This document shows, one piece after another, positions 52,886 through 64,000 of a DNA stretch of 64,000 nt. The stretch covers positions 13,144,001 through 13,208,000 of the forward strand of contig OZ024765.1 in assembly GCA_964016885.1 (NCBI GenBank), read 5' to 3'. This DNA comes from Eledone cirrhosa (Eukaryota). The stretch's first letter is position 1. Each line of letters opens with the position of its first letter. Below the pieces are notes generated by a model. It saw only the letters and a list, made by a program, of their open reading frames with translations, was not told where the DNA came from and ran no database searches. A program made the position numbers and the translations under genes.

Positions 52886-54735
52886 TCTATATATCTAAAA
52901 CAGAGAATGTCTGTCTGTCTGACTCCCTAAAACTCGAGAACCACCGAACCGATTGTTTTCAAACTTTACACATGTAATACTTATGGTCCTGTGAGTGTTT
53001 TGAGCAAAAACAATTTCAAATTTTCAATGCCCTAGGGACTGCATTAGGGGATTTAGCGATCTCTCTCTATAATTCTTAGTCTTGCTTTTTAGATAGATAC
53101 ATAGATACAACGTTGTGCCCTTATAGTATGTCTGGCTGTCTGCATTACGGCATTATAACTTCACTATCCGTGTGTGTGTGTATATATATCTATATATAGT
53201 GTGTGTATATATGTGTGTGTAACGTTTTTCGAAATATTTACTTTTGCATTCACAGATTGATTTTTTTAGTTTCAGAAGATCCCGTTAAGGGTGAAAGCAG
53301 CGATTCTTTGCTTAAACTTTAATCTGTTATTTTAATATAACGTTATTTGCCTATAACGATAACCTGTTATCCCGTATATATAGGGACAGTAGCCCCGCCA
53401 CACCGAGCCCACGGTAAACCACCCCCTACACTTTCACCACCCTTACCCCTACCTCAATCGACTCCTATGGCAGCACAGACATGCATATATCCATACATAG
53501 ATCCAGTTATTTAAGATTCTACATGCACTGATACTTACATATGTGTGTGTGTGTGCGAGTATATATATACATTTATATATGTGGGTGGGTGTGTGTGTGT
53601 TTGTATAATCTGTGTGTGAATATGGGATGCACCTGGGCCCGTGTTGGTGCGTGTGGGCTTGCAACGATGTGGGTTGACATACACGCATATGTACTCTATG
53701 CTGAATTAAAAACTGTAGTCCTCTGCATTTCCTGATTTTGACACTCAGGTTATGGTATTTTACACTCCACTCTTGCCTCATTTGCTCTTAAAACGCACCA
53801 CCCCATGATAGTGTAAAGATCGTAATCCTTTGCATTTCCTGATTCTGACACATAGCCTTTATACTTCAGTCAATATTTTCCAAATCTTTAAAACTTTTAT
53901 ATTGGCTATAACACACCCTCATTTTATTCTTCTTTGATATTTGATATTGGCTATAACAAACACGCATTTTATTCCATTTTATTCATTTATTTATTTAGTA
54001 TTTTACTTCATTTTATTGAATCGTATCTTATTATTTTATTATTTATTTTATCTAATTTTTTTTATATTTGATTTCTTCATTTTACCTTATCTGATTCCAT
54101 TATCTGTTTGGCACCCCCCACCATGTGAAAGGGTTGTAGGATTGATGCCAACCCACACACACTCATTATTCTAAAGACAGCAGCAGTAGAACTAAGGCTG
54201 ACCCCCCCCCCCCCTAATACCAATAAACACAAGGGAGGAGGTCAGCTGTACTTAACAAAAACAACCACAACAGATTGTCTTGCCTCATAAAAAAATTATT
54301 TTATGGAGGAATATGGCTTAGTGGTTAGAACATTGGCCTTGCAATCGAAAGGTTGTGAGTTCAATTCTCAGACCGAGTGATGTGTTGTTTCCTTGAGCAA
54401 GACACTTTATTTCACATTGCTTCAGTTTACTCAGCTGTAGAAATGAGATGATAGGGACTGGGGTCCAAATCATTCCAATGCAAAGTGGTCGTGGAGGTGT
54501 CACGGCAAAAAGCACCCAGCACTCACTGTAAATGAGGTTGGTGTTAGGAAGGGCATCCAGCTGTAGAAATCAAGCCAGAATCAGTTCCCGTCCCACCCTT
54601 GCAAGGAGGGAAAAGTGGACGTAAAATGAAATGATGATGAATGATGATATATAATTATATATTCGTATACAGATAAGGATACATATATATTTAACACTAG
54701 AGCAAATCCCGAGCAACGCCGGGCCATTTTGTTAG
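52886..54735 (+). mobile_element. Helitron-like module, unit 3 (contains SINE B ~54315-54648)
   Basis: Same termini as unit 2. Confidence 0.65.
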
Positions 54736-55172
54736 TCATATATAAAAGAAAAAATATTTTTAAAAGAGTTATTTCACGAGAAATATTGTTAAATACAAAG
54801 ATGTTCATTGTCGGCCATTGTTTCGTACACAGCTCTATTAAATGGTAAATTATATTTTATAACTGGTTTTACTGTGATCTAATTAAATAGAATTCATTAC
54901 TGATTATCTGTATAAAAATGCAGATACAACATTAATATGTTTAAGCTAGCAACATTAATCAACGTTTGTTTTAACATCTAGATATCTTGAAGCTGTCATT
55001 CATTGTCCTGTTTGTCTTAAGTTCTGACAATTTCAACATATTGTCACATCTTACGTTTTAAATACGAAAGTATTTTACATCTATATTATTGTAAACATAT
55101 CTTTTTACCTTTATCACATCTTCCGTATTAAATATGTAAGTATCATGTACCTATATTATTGTAAATATATCT

Positions 55173-55357
55173 GGGCGGTGGATTGGCAGTATCGGTAGAG
55201 GGTCGGACGCCATGCTTTCCAGCATAGTTACGTCCCTTTACGATCTGAGTTCAAATCCCGCCGAGGTTGACTTTGCCTTTCATCCTTACGGGGTCGATAA
55301 AATAAAGTACCAGTAATGCACTGGGTAATTACTGGCCTAGTGCCTAAAGTAGAAACA
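55173..55357 (+). mobile_element. SINE family A, same site as 46557
   Basis: Same TSD attattgtaaatatatct. Confidence 0.9.
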
Positions 55358-57385
55358 ATTATTGTAAATATATCTCTTTACTTTCATTTCTTCAATATAT
55401 TGTTACATCTTCCATATTAAATATGTAAAGTATTATATTTCTATTTTATTGCAAACATATCTCTTTACTTTCACCTTTATATTTTGATATGTTCAGTGAG
55501 AAAAATAAAAAAAGAAACTTTACGAAAGTAATGATGCTGTTTTCATACTTCAAATCTTCGTTTTCCACTCATCACTCCATTCCAGGTTTTGTTATTTCTT
55601 ACGACTGAACATCGACAGAAAGATAAGGTTTGTAATTTTAAACTGCAGTCTTATTTAGACTGTATTTACTTATATTTCTACCATGTGATAGGTTTTAGTG
55701 TTGCTAATTAGACATCGATATTAATTCTCCACTCTACCACCTGGTCTGAAATTATCGATTAAACAGATTTAATCAACAACATATACTGTCTCTCTACACA
55801 TAAGCCGGCGTAATTCTTTATCTCTACTATATATATATATAATTCTTTGTCTTGTATTTTTAAATCCCAGTCTTATTTAGGCCGTATATTTCTACCATAT
55901 CGAGCAAGGCCATTCCCGTAATGGGATCAGGTCCTTGTTTTCTTTCCTACTTATTAACACTTTGGTTTGAAGGAGATTTGTTGTTGATGAAAATTACAGC
56001 TACAATTCTTGTATTTTGTATTTTATTTTTATTATTTCTAATCATCCCACTCTCTCAATTAATGATTGTATTCCTATAATAATATATATTAAAAATGAAC
56101 TACATGATGCTTGGTGAGCTGACAGAATGGTGCCATATCCAACCTTCATACCGCCTTTCCATCACATTCCTATCTGTCTGTCTACCTTTCTCATTCTAAT
56201 GAACTGAATGGCTTCATTGGGTAGACGCCACCTTCCCATCTTTGCATGACCTGGATAGATGTGGGCTGTATAAGCCACTGGGATGTCAGCTTATCAAGGA
56301 GAACAGTGACTCTGAATAAAAACTAATATAGGGTGGAGAGGGCCCTTGAGTTTGGTCTGACAACATCTCGAATGTTGGTGGCACCAAGAACACACCCAGT
56401 CCACACTGCAAAGTGTTTGTGATAGGAAGGGTATCCAGTCAGAAAGTCTCTGCTAAATATGAAAGCAAATATTATATTGCATATATATCTTGGAAGATTG
56501 AATTGGATTAGTTCCATTGTTCAGGTAAAGTTTTATATTTACAATTTATTAATGTAGAAATATAGTAAAAAATCTCAAGTTTGAATCACTATATTTTATA
56601 TATCTTCTGTATGTTAGATAAATATAAACATTTTAAGCAGGATTTTTTAACCATTTAGCATTTAAACTGGCCACATCTGGCCAAAATTTCACCTCTTTCT
56701 GTTCAAACTGACTGTAAGTGGCTGCTCATACTGATATTAAGGTATTGTTCTCATAGATTTGATATTATGTGAGATAAATCCTTTACCATGAAAATATAAT
56801 AGTATATATAGATTAATGTAAATGCTAAAGGGTTGAACATCAAATTGTTACGGGGTCCACCATAGTAAAATAAGAATCAAAGAGGTCCATAGGTAAAATA
56901 AGGTTGATAACCACTGTTTTGTGTTAGATAAATATAAACACTTTAAACCAGCTTTAAATATCCTGAATATCTTATACTGTTTCTCTATTATTTCAGAATA
57001 TCGGATGACATCAACATTAAAGTATTTTCTATACCAGAAACATCAATATTTATTTCACATGTTTTAAAGACTATACAGAACACATATGACCTTGTCTATT
57101 TATTAAATCTGTAAATTACTGTGAAATATTTCATTTCAACTGAGATTATTTCCAACATTTCTCTACTTTACTGTCTGGAATGTGTTGAAGTTGACTTTGT
57201 ATTGTGACTAAATTTGGATAAATTAGATAAATTTACAAGGGAGTTTGTAACATATTTTGACATCAACATCAAAGTTGATGGAAATATAGCAGAAAGAATA
57301 TTTCTTAAGAATAAATTATAAAAAAAAGAGGTAAAGTTGGTACAAAAGAATTTAAGACTTACCTGAATACATTGTTGGTGAAGAG

Positions 57386-58945
57386 ATGGCGAATGGACAA
57401 GAGGAATCACCATACCACTGCAATATCTGTAAAAAGGCATTCTCTCAACAACATAACTTAACTCTTCACAAGCGTGTTCATACAGGAGAGAAACCATATC
57501 GCTGTGATATCTGTGGTAAATCATTCTCTGTAAAAGATAGATTGGCTCGTCACACACGTACACATACAGGAGAGAAACCATATCACTGTGATGTGTGTGG
57601 TAAATCATTCTCTAGAAGTAATGACTTGACTAGTCACAAACGTACACATACAGGAGAGAAACCATATCACTGTGATATCTGTGGTAAATCATTCTCTAGA
57701 AATGGTGAGTTAACTATTCATAAACATATACATACAAAAGAGAAACCATATCGCTGTGACACCTGTGGTAAATCATTCTGTACAAGTCATACCTTGACTA
57801 TTCACATACGTACACATACAGGAGAAAAACCATACCACTGTGATATCTGTAGTAAATCATTCTCTAGAAATGGTCATTTAACTATTCATAAACGTATACA
57901 TACAGGAGAGAAACCATATCGTTGTGAGATCTGTGTTAAATCATTCTCTGGTAGTGCTGACCTGACTTCTCACACACGTACGCACAGAGGAGAGAAACAA
58001 TATGATTGTGCTATCTGTAGCAAATCATTCTCTACAAGTCATATATTGACTGTTCACACACGTACACATACGGGGGAGAAACCATATCATTGTGAAATCT
58101 GTGGTAAATCATTCTCTATAAGTAATAACTTGACTATCCACACACGTACACATACGGGGGAGAAACCATATCATTGTGAAATCTGTGGTAAATCATTCTC
58201 TACAAGTCATATATTGACTTGTCACACACGTACACATACAGGAGAGAAACCATATCACTGTGACACCTGTGGTAAATCATTCTCTACAAGTAATAACTTG
58301 ACTAGCCACACACGTACACATACAGGAGAGAAACCATATCACTGTGACACCTGTGGTAAATCATTCTTTATGAGCTATGACTTGACTGTTCACATACGTA
58401 CACATACAGGAGAAAAACCATATCATTGTGATATCTGTGGTAAATCATTCTCTACAAATAATGTATTGACTTGTCACACACGTACACATACAGGAGAGAA
58501 ACCATATCATTGTGATGTCTGTGGTAAATCATTCTCTACAAGTAATAACTTGACTATTCACACACGTACACATACGGGGGAGAAACCATATCACTGTGAA
58601 ATGTGTGGTAAATCATTCTCTAGAAATGGTGACTTAACTATTCATAAACGTATACATACAGGAGAGAAACCATATCACTGTGACACCTGTGGTAAATCAT
58701 TCTCTGAAAGCAAAAGCTTGACTCGTCACACACGTATACATACAGGAGAGAAACCATATCATTGTGATATCTGTGGTAAATCATTCTCTACAAGTAATGT
58801 ATTGACTTGTCACACACGTACACATACAGGAGAGAAACCATATCATTGTGATATCTGTGGTAAATCATTCTCTCGGAGTAGTGAATTTACTGTTCACAAA
58901 TGTATTTATACAAGAGGGAATACTCCAGTTGAGTCAACAGCGTGA
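57386..58945 (+). CDS. C2H2 ZNF-B4, 18 finger units (last degenerate)
   Basis: Intact 519-aa ORF; same termini. Confidence 0.9.
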   Translation: MANGQEESPYHCNICKKAFSQQHNLTLHKRVHTGEKPYRCDICGKSFSVKDRLARHTRTHTGEKPYHCDVCGKSFSRSNDLTSHKRTHTGEKPYHCDICGKSFSRNGELTIHKHIHTKEKPYRCDTCGKSFCTSHTLTIHIRTHTGEKPYHCDICSKSFSRNGHLTIHKRIHTGEKPYRCEICVKSFSGSADLTSHTRTHRGEKQYDCAICSKSFSTSHILTVHTRTHTGEKPYHCEICGKSFSISNNLTIHTRTHTGEKPYHCEICGKSFSTSHILTCHTRTHTGEKPYHCDTCGKSFSTSNNLTSHTRTHTGEKPYHCDTCGKSFFMSYDLTVHIRTHTGEKPYHCDICGKSFSTNNVLTCHTRTHTGEKPYHCDVCGKSFSTSNNLTIHTRTHTGEKPYHCEMCGKSFSRNGDLTIHKRIHTGEKPYHCDTCGKSFSESKSLTRHTRIHTGEKPYHCDICGKSFSTSNVLTCHTRTHTGEKPYHCDICGKSFSRSSEFTVHKCIYTRGNTPVESTA

Positions 58946-60665
58946 CAGCCTTTCTAACGTTTGTCATGTACTTGATAAATGCAGCCACTACATGCTTTAA
59001 AGTTGTTGATACCAAGTGAATCCAGTTGTAGAAAGCTGGTCAACCAAAGAGGATACTTCAGTTATTTCAAAGACATTACAACCTCTCTCATGATGCCGAC
59101 ACAAAAAAATACACTCTGTAAAATTAACTTTTTCGAAACATTTTTTTTCTTTAATTTCTTGCTTGAAATGTTGATGGTTATTCCAAGAGTAAAACCCTAC
59201 CAAGTACCTTGTGAGGTTTTTGAAAATTAAATTTTGTTAAAATTTATAAGAATCTGTATTATTCTGTGTTGGTTTTTCATATTTTGTTTTTGTTTTCATA
59301 TTTTATTTTCCCTATCTTTGTATCGAAATACAGTCAAGATTTAAAGAAATGAAAGTAATATTTGTTTTCAAGAAGAATTTTAATAGATATTAGAGTATGT
59401 TATATGTTGTGATTTCGCAGTGAAAGGAAGCTACAGTAGAGGAAGACCTGGGCAGAACTGGTGGGAGTTGAACCTGAAATGCTGAACTTAACAAAGGAAT
59501 GCAGTAGCAGGAAAGATGTGCTGGAAAAGACCTGTCCAATGTATTTAATCATGGAAAGGTAGACATAAAAGTATGATGATGATGATGATGCTGTAAGGGG
59601 TTTTTTTCATCTTCACATTCCCAAACCATATCACTGTAGCAGGAGTATGGACCTATATCAGTTTCAACAACAAGTATTCCAGTTGTTTGATCAACAGAAC
59701 AGCCTGCTTATGAAATTAACATGAAAGTGGCAAACAATCTTGTGCTAAAAATAGGTCTAAAGTCTGTCTGAAGCCGGGAGGCAAAGGCCACTGTTTCTCT
59801 CAGTTTTTGTGGTGCTAAGTCGCCAAGGTTAATCCTACCACCTGAATGCAGGTTGCTTTGCTTGATTATTATATGGGCACTAGCTGGGGTAAATATCTGC
59901 TCAGTTCTGGATCTGGCTGCATTATCCAGAAGTGATGAAAAAAAAACAGCTGACTTTACATTTTGTTTCTGGGTAAGAGGCAGGTGTTTTATCTGGGACA
60001 CTATAGTCAGTGACACTTTTGCTCCTTCCCACATCATTGATGCTGTGGTAAATGTAAGGGTCAATGCTTCCATTGCCTAATGGAATAAAATCCTAAATTA
60101 CTGGGAGCTATTGAACAATTATTTCTTCCAGCCTGTGGTATTTAAGACGATTTGAGGAGCTGGGCTGCTGACGGCAAAATACTTGTCATTGCTGGTCGCT
60201 CGAGGTGTCAGGTGATACCCATGAGGGCGCCGAGTTGTTCCTGGACCTTGGTCTTACCTTACCAAGGTGTCGGGTAATACCATTGAGGGTAACGAATTGT
60301 TCCTGCCCCTTAGCCTTGACTTACTGTTGTGTCAGTTTATAACTTTGAAGGTGCTGGGTTGTTCTAGCACCTTAGCCACGCCATCTCCCGTGCTAATGCT
60401 GCCAGCATATTGGTTTACGTTAAACATTTCCTTTGACACTTGTGATTTGCTGTGGGATAGATTGTCGCATTTGGGAGTGAATTGATGGTAGTTTTTGTTT
60501 AATTTCGACTCCTCCTTCTTTCACTCTTATTGTGTATTTTGGTGCGTTGTATTTGTGAGGTTCCTAGCAATGGTTAATTGTATTTTTTATATGTGTTTAT
60601 ATTTTCATTCTGATGGAATTGTGAACACTTTGTAATAATTTTTTAATCCAAATAAAATTTTAACA

Positions 60666-61896
60666 TCTATATATCTAAAACAGAGAATGTCTGTCTGTCT
60701 GACTTCCTAAAACTCGAGAACCACCAAACAGATTGTTTTCAAACTTTACACATGTAATACTTATGGTCCTGTGAGTGTTTTGAGCAAAAACAATTTCAAA
60801 TTTTCAATACCTTAGGGACTGCATTAGGGGATTTAGCGATCTCTCTCTATAATTCTTAGTCTTGCTTTTTAGATAGATACATAGATATAACGTTGCCCCC
60901 TTATAGTATGTCTGGCTGTCTGCATTACGGCATTATAACTTCACTATCCGTGTGTGTGTGTGTATATATCTATATATAGTGTGTGTATATATGTGTGTGT
61001 AACGTTTTTCGAAATATTTACTTTTGCATTCACAGATTGATTTTTTTTTTTATTTCTACAGCTGGATGCCCTTCCTAACACCAACCTTATTTACAGTGAG
61101 TGCTGGGTGCTTTTTTGCCGTGGCACCTCCATTACCACTTTGCAGTGGAATGATAGGGACCCCAGTCCATAACATCTCATTTCTACAGCTGAGTAAACTG
61201 GAGCAATGTGAAATAAAGTGTCTTGCTCAAGGAAACAACACATCACCCGGTCTGAGAATTGAACTCACAACCTTTCGATTGCAAGGCCAATGCTCTAACC
61301 ACTAAGCCACGTGCCTCCATTTTATATATATATATATCTAATTTTGGCATACTGCCTATGGAAGCACCATAACTACCATTATACACAACTCTCTCTCTAT
61401 ATATATATATATATATTTATATTAAAGAGTTAAACAAGATTCAATGAGTATCACAAAGAATAAGTTTTACAGTAGATTGAAAGCACTCTACCGCAAAAAA
61501 TATTTTTCCGGAGTTATTAATATTAAAATACAAATATTAATAAAATATATGTCTTTTGATCAATTAAATTTTATTATACATATTTCAGAGGTACAACAGT
61601 ACGTCCTCATCAGACAAAATATAATTGTTTCTACGTTAGGCACAAGGCCAGCAAATTATCCAGTGCATTACTGGTACTTTATTTTATCGACCCCGTAAGG
61701 ATGAAAGGCAAAGATCAGACAAAATATAATGATACATGACATACCCATATATATAATTATATATTCGTGTACAGATATTTTTGCATACACAATAACAGAA
61801 TATAAACAAACGTATTTATTTAACGAGGCTCGATAAAGATAAATATATATTAGATCACTAGAGCAAATCCCGAGCAACGCCGGGCCATTCTGTTAG
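60666..61896 (+). mobile_element. Helitron-like module, unit 4 (rearranged: inverted SINE B 61050-61318, PLE-like remnant, SINE A 3' fragment ~61626-61713)
   Basis: Same termini; different interior; SINE fragment flanked by TSD atcagacaaaatataat. Confidence 0.65.
61568..61620 (-). ncRNA. Type I hammerhead ribozyme motif
   Basis: Minus strand: attttgt-CTGATGA-ggacgtac-tgtt-gtacctct-GAAA-t-atgt-a-TA-ataaaat; stem I 7 bp with one G-U. Confidence 0.7.
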
Positions 61897-63791
61897 TCAT
61901 ATATAAAAGGAAAAATATTTTTTAAAGAATTACGTCCCTTGAAATATTGTTAAACACAAAGTTTTTCACTGTCGGCCATTGTTTCGTACACAGCTCTATT
62001 AAATGGTAAATTATATTTTATAACTGGTTTTTACTGTGATCTAATTAAATAGAATTCATTACCGATTATCTGTAATGTAAACATATCTTTTTACCTTTAT
62101 CACATCTTCCGTATTAAATATGTAAGTCTCAAGTACCTATATTATTGTAAATATATCTCTTTACCTTCATTTCATCAATATATTGTTACATCTTCCGTAT
62201 TAAATATGTAAAGTATTATATTTCTATTTTATTGCAAACATATCTCTTTACTTTCACCTTTATATTTTGATATGTTAAGTGAGAAAAATAAAAAAAGAAA
62301 CTTTACGAAAGTAATGATGCTGTTTTAATATTTCAAATTCTTCGTTTTCCATTCATCACTCCATTCCAGTTTTTGTTATTTCTTACGACTGAACATCAAC
62401 AGAAAGACAAGGTTTGTATTTTTAAACTGCAGTCTTATTTAGACTGTATTTACTTATATTTCTACCATGTGATAGGTTTTAGTGTTGCTAATTAGACATC
62501 GATATTAATTCTCCACTCTACCACCTGGTCTGAAATTATCGATTAAACAGATTTAATCAACAACATATACTGTCTCTCTACACATATATATGTACATAAG
62601 CCGGCGTAATTCTTTATCTCTACTATATATATATAATTCTTTGTCTTGTATTTTTAAATCCCAGTCTTATTTAGGCCGTATATTTCTACCATATCGAGCA
62701 AGGCCATTCCCGTAATGGGATCAGGTCCTTGTCTTCTTTCCTACTTATTAACACTTTGGTTTGAAGGAGATTTGTTGTTGATGAAAATTACAGCTACGAT
62801 TCTTGTATTTTGTATTTTATTTTTATTATTTCTAATCATCCCACTCTCTCAATTAATGATTGTATTCCTATAATAATATATATTAAAAATGAACTACATG
62901 ATGCTTGGTGAGCTGACAGAATGGTGCCATATCCAACCTTCATACCGCCTTTCCATCACATTCCTATCTGTCTGTCTACCTTTCTCATTCTAATGAACTG
63001 AATGGCTTCATTGGGTAGACGCCACCTTCCCATCTTTGCATGACCTGGATAGATGTGGGCTGTATAAGCCACTGGGATGTCGGCTTGTCAAGGAGAACAG
63101 TGACTCTGAATAAAAACTAATATAGGGTGGAGAGGGCCCTTGAGTTTGGTCTGACAACATCTCGAATGTTGGTGGCACCAAGAACACACCCAGTCCACAC
63201 TGCAAAGTGTTTGTGATAGGAAGGGTATCCAGTCAGAAAGTCTCTGCTAAATATGAAAGCAAATATTATATTGCATATATATCTTGGAAGATTGAATTGG
63301 ATTAGTTCCATTGTTCAGGTAAAGTTTTATATTTACAATTTATTAATGTAGAAATATAGTAAAAAATCTCAAGTTTGAATCACTATATTTTATATATCTT
63401 CTGTATGTTAGATAAATATAAACATTTTAAGCAGGATTTTTTAACCATTTAGCATTTAAACTGGCCACATCTGGCCAAAATTTCACCTCTTTCTGTTCAA
63501 ACTGACTGTAAGTGGCTGCTCATACTGATATTAAGGTATTGTTCTCATAGATTTGATATTATGTGAGATAAATCCTTTACCATGAAAATATAATAGTATA
63601 TATAGATTAATATAAATGCTAAAGGGTTGAACATCAAATTGTTACGGGGGTCCACCATAGTAAAATAAGAATCAAAGAGGTCCATAGTTAAAATAAGGTT
63701 GATAACCACTGTTTTGAGTTAGATAAATATAAACACTTTAAACCAGCTTTAAATATCTTGAATATCTTATACTGTTTCTCTATTATTTCAG

Positions 63792-64000
63792 AATATCGGA
63801 TGACATCAACATTAAAGTATTTTCTATACCAGAAACATCAATATTTATTTCACGTTTTAAAGACTATACAGAACACATATGACCTTGTCTATTTATTAAA
63901 TCTGTAAATTACTGTGAAATATTTCATTTCAACTGAGATTATTTCCAACATTTCTCTACTTTACTGTCTGGAATGTGTTGAAGTTGACTTTGTATTGTGA
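63792..64000 (+). other. Start of the coding exon (5' UTR) of a fifth array copy, truncated by the window end
   Basis: Acceptor at 63791 and downstream sequence nearly identical to 56997 onward. Confidence 0.85.

Overview
AT-rich, microsatellite-dense eukaryotic DNA, most likely an octopus (inferred from the [10 protein letters not shown]-type C2H2 fingers, tRNA-derived SINEs and (GAT)n-tailed RTE LINEs; not checked by search). The first 8.4 kb hold the last two coding exons of a single-pass membrane protein: a 70-nt TM exon (1607-1676) missed by the ORF track, spliced in frame to a Tyr/Pro-motif-rich tail exon (7470-8415). 9-22 kb is TE debris: piggyBac-like and mariner-like MITEs, RTE fragments, SINEs, a Helitron and minisatellites. 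From 22.5 kb to the end lies a cluster of effector-less C2H2 zinc-finger genes. One is divergent (22897). The rest form a head-to-tail array of ~7-9 kb units (ZNF ORFs at 29717, 38560, 48753, 57386; a fifth unit is cut by the window end; one remnant has no gene). Flanks are near-identical between units while finger number and DNA-contact residues are reshuffled. Each complete unit ends in a Helitron-like module with variable cargo. Three complete type I hammerhead-ribozyme motifs with Penelope-style stem III were found by eye (923-985 +, 35818-35872 +, 61568-61620 -). The longest RTE LINE carries a C4HC3 PHD finger after its RT.
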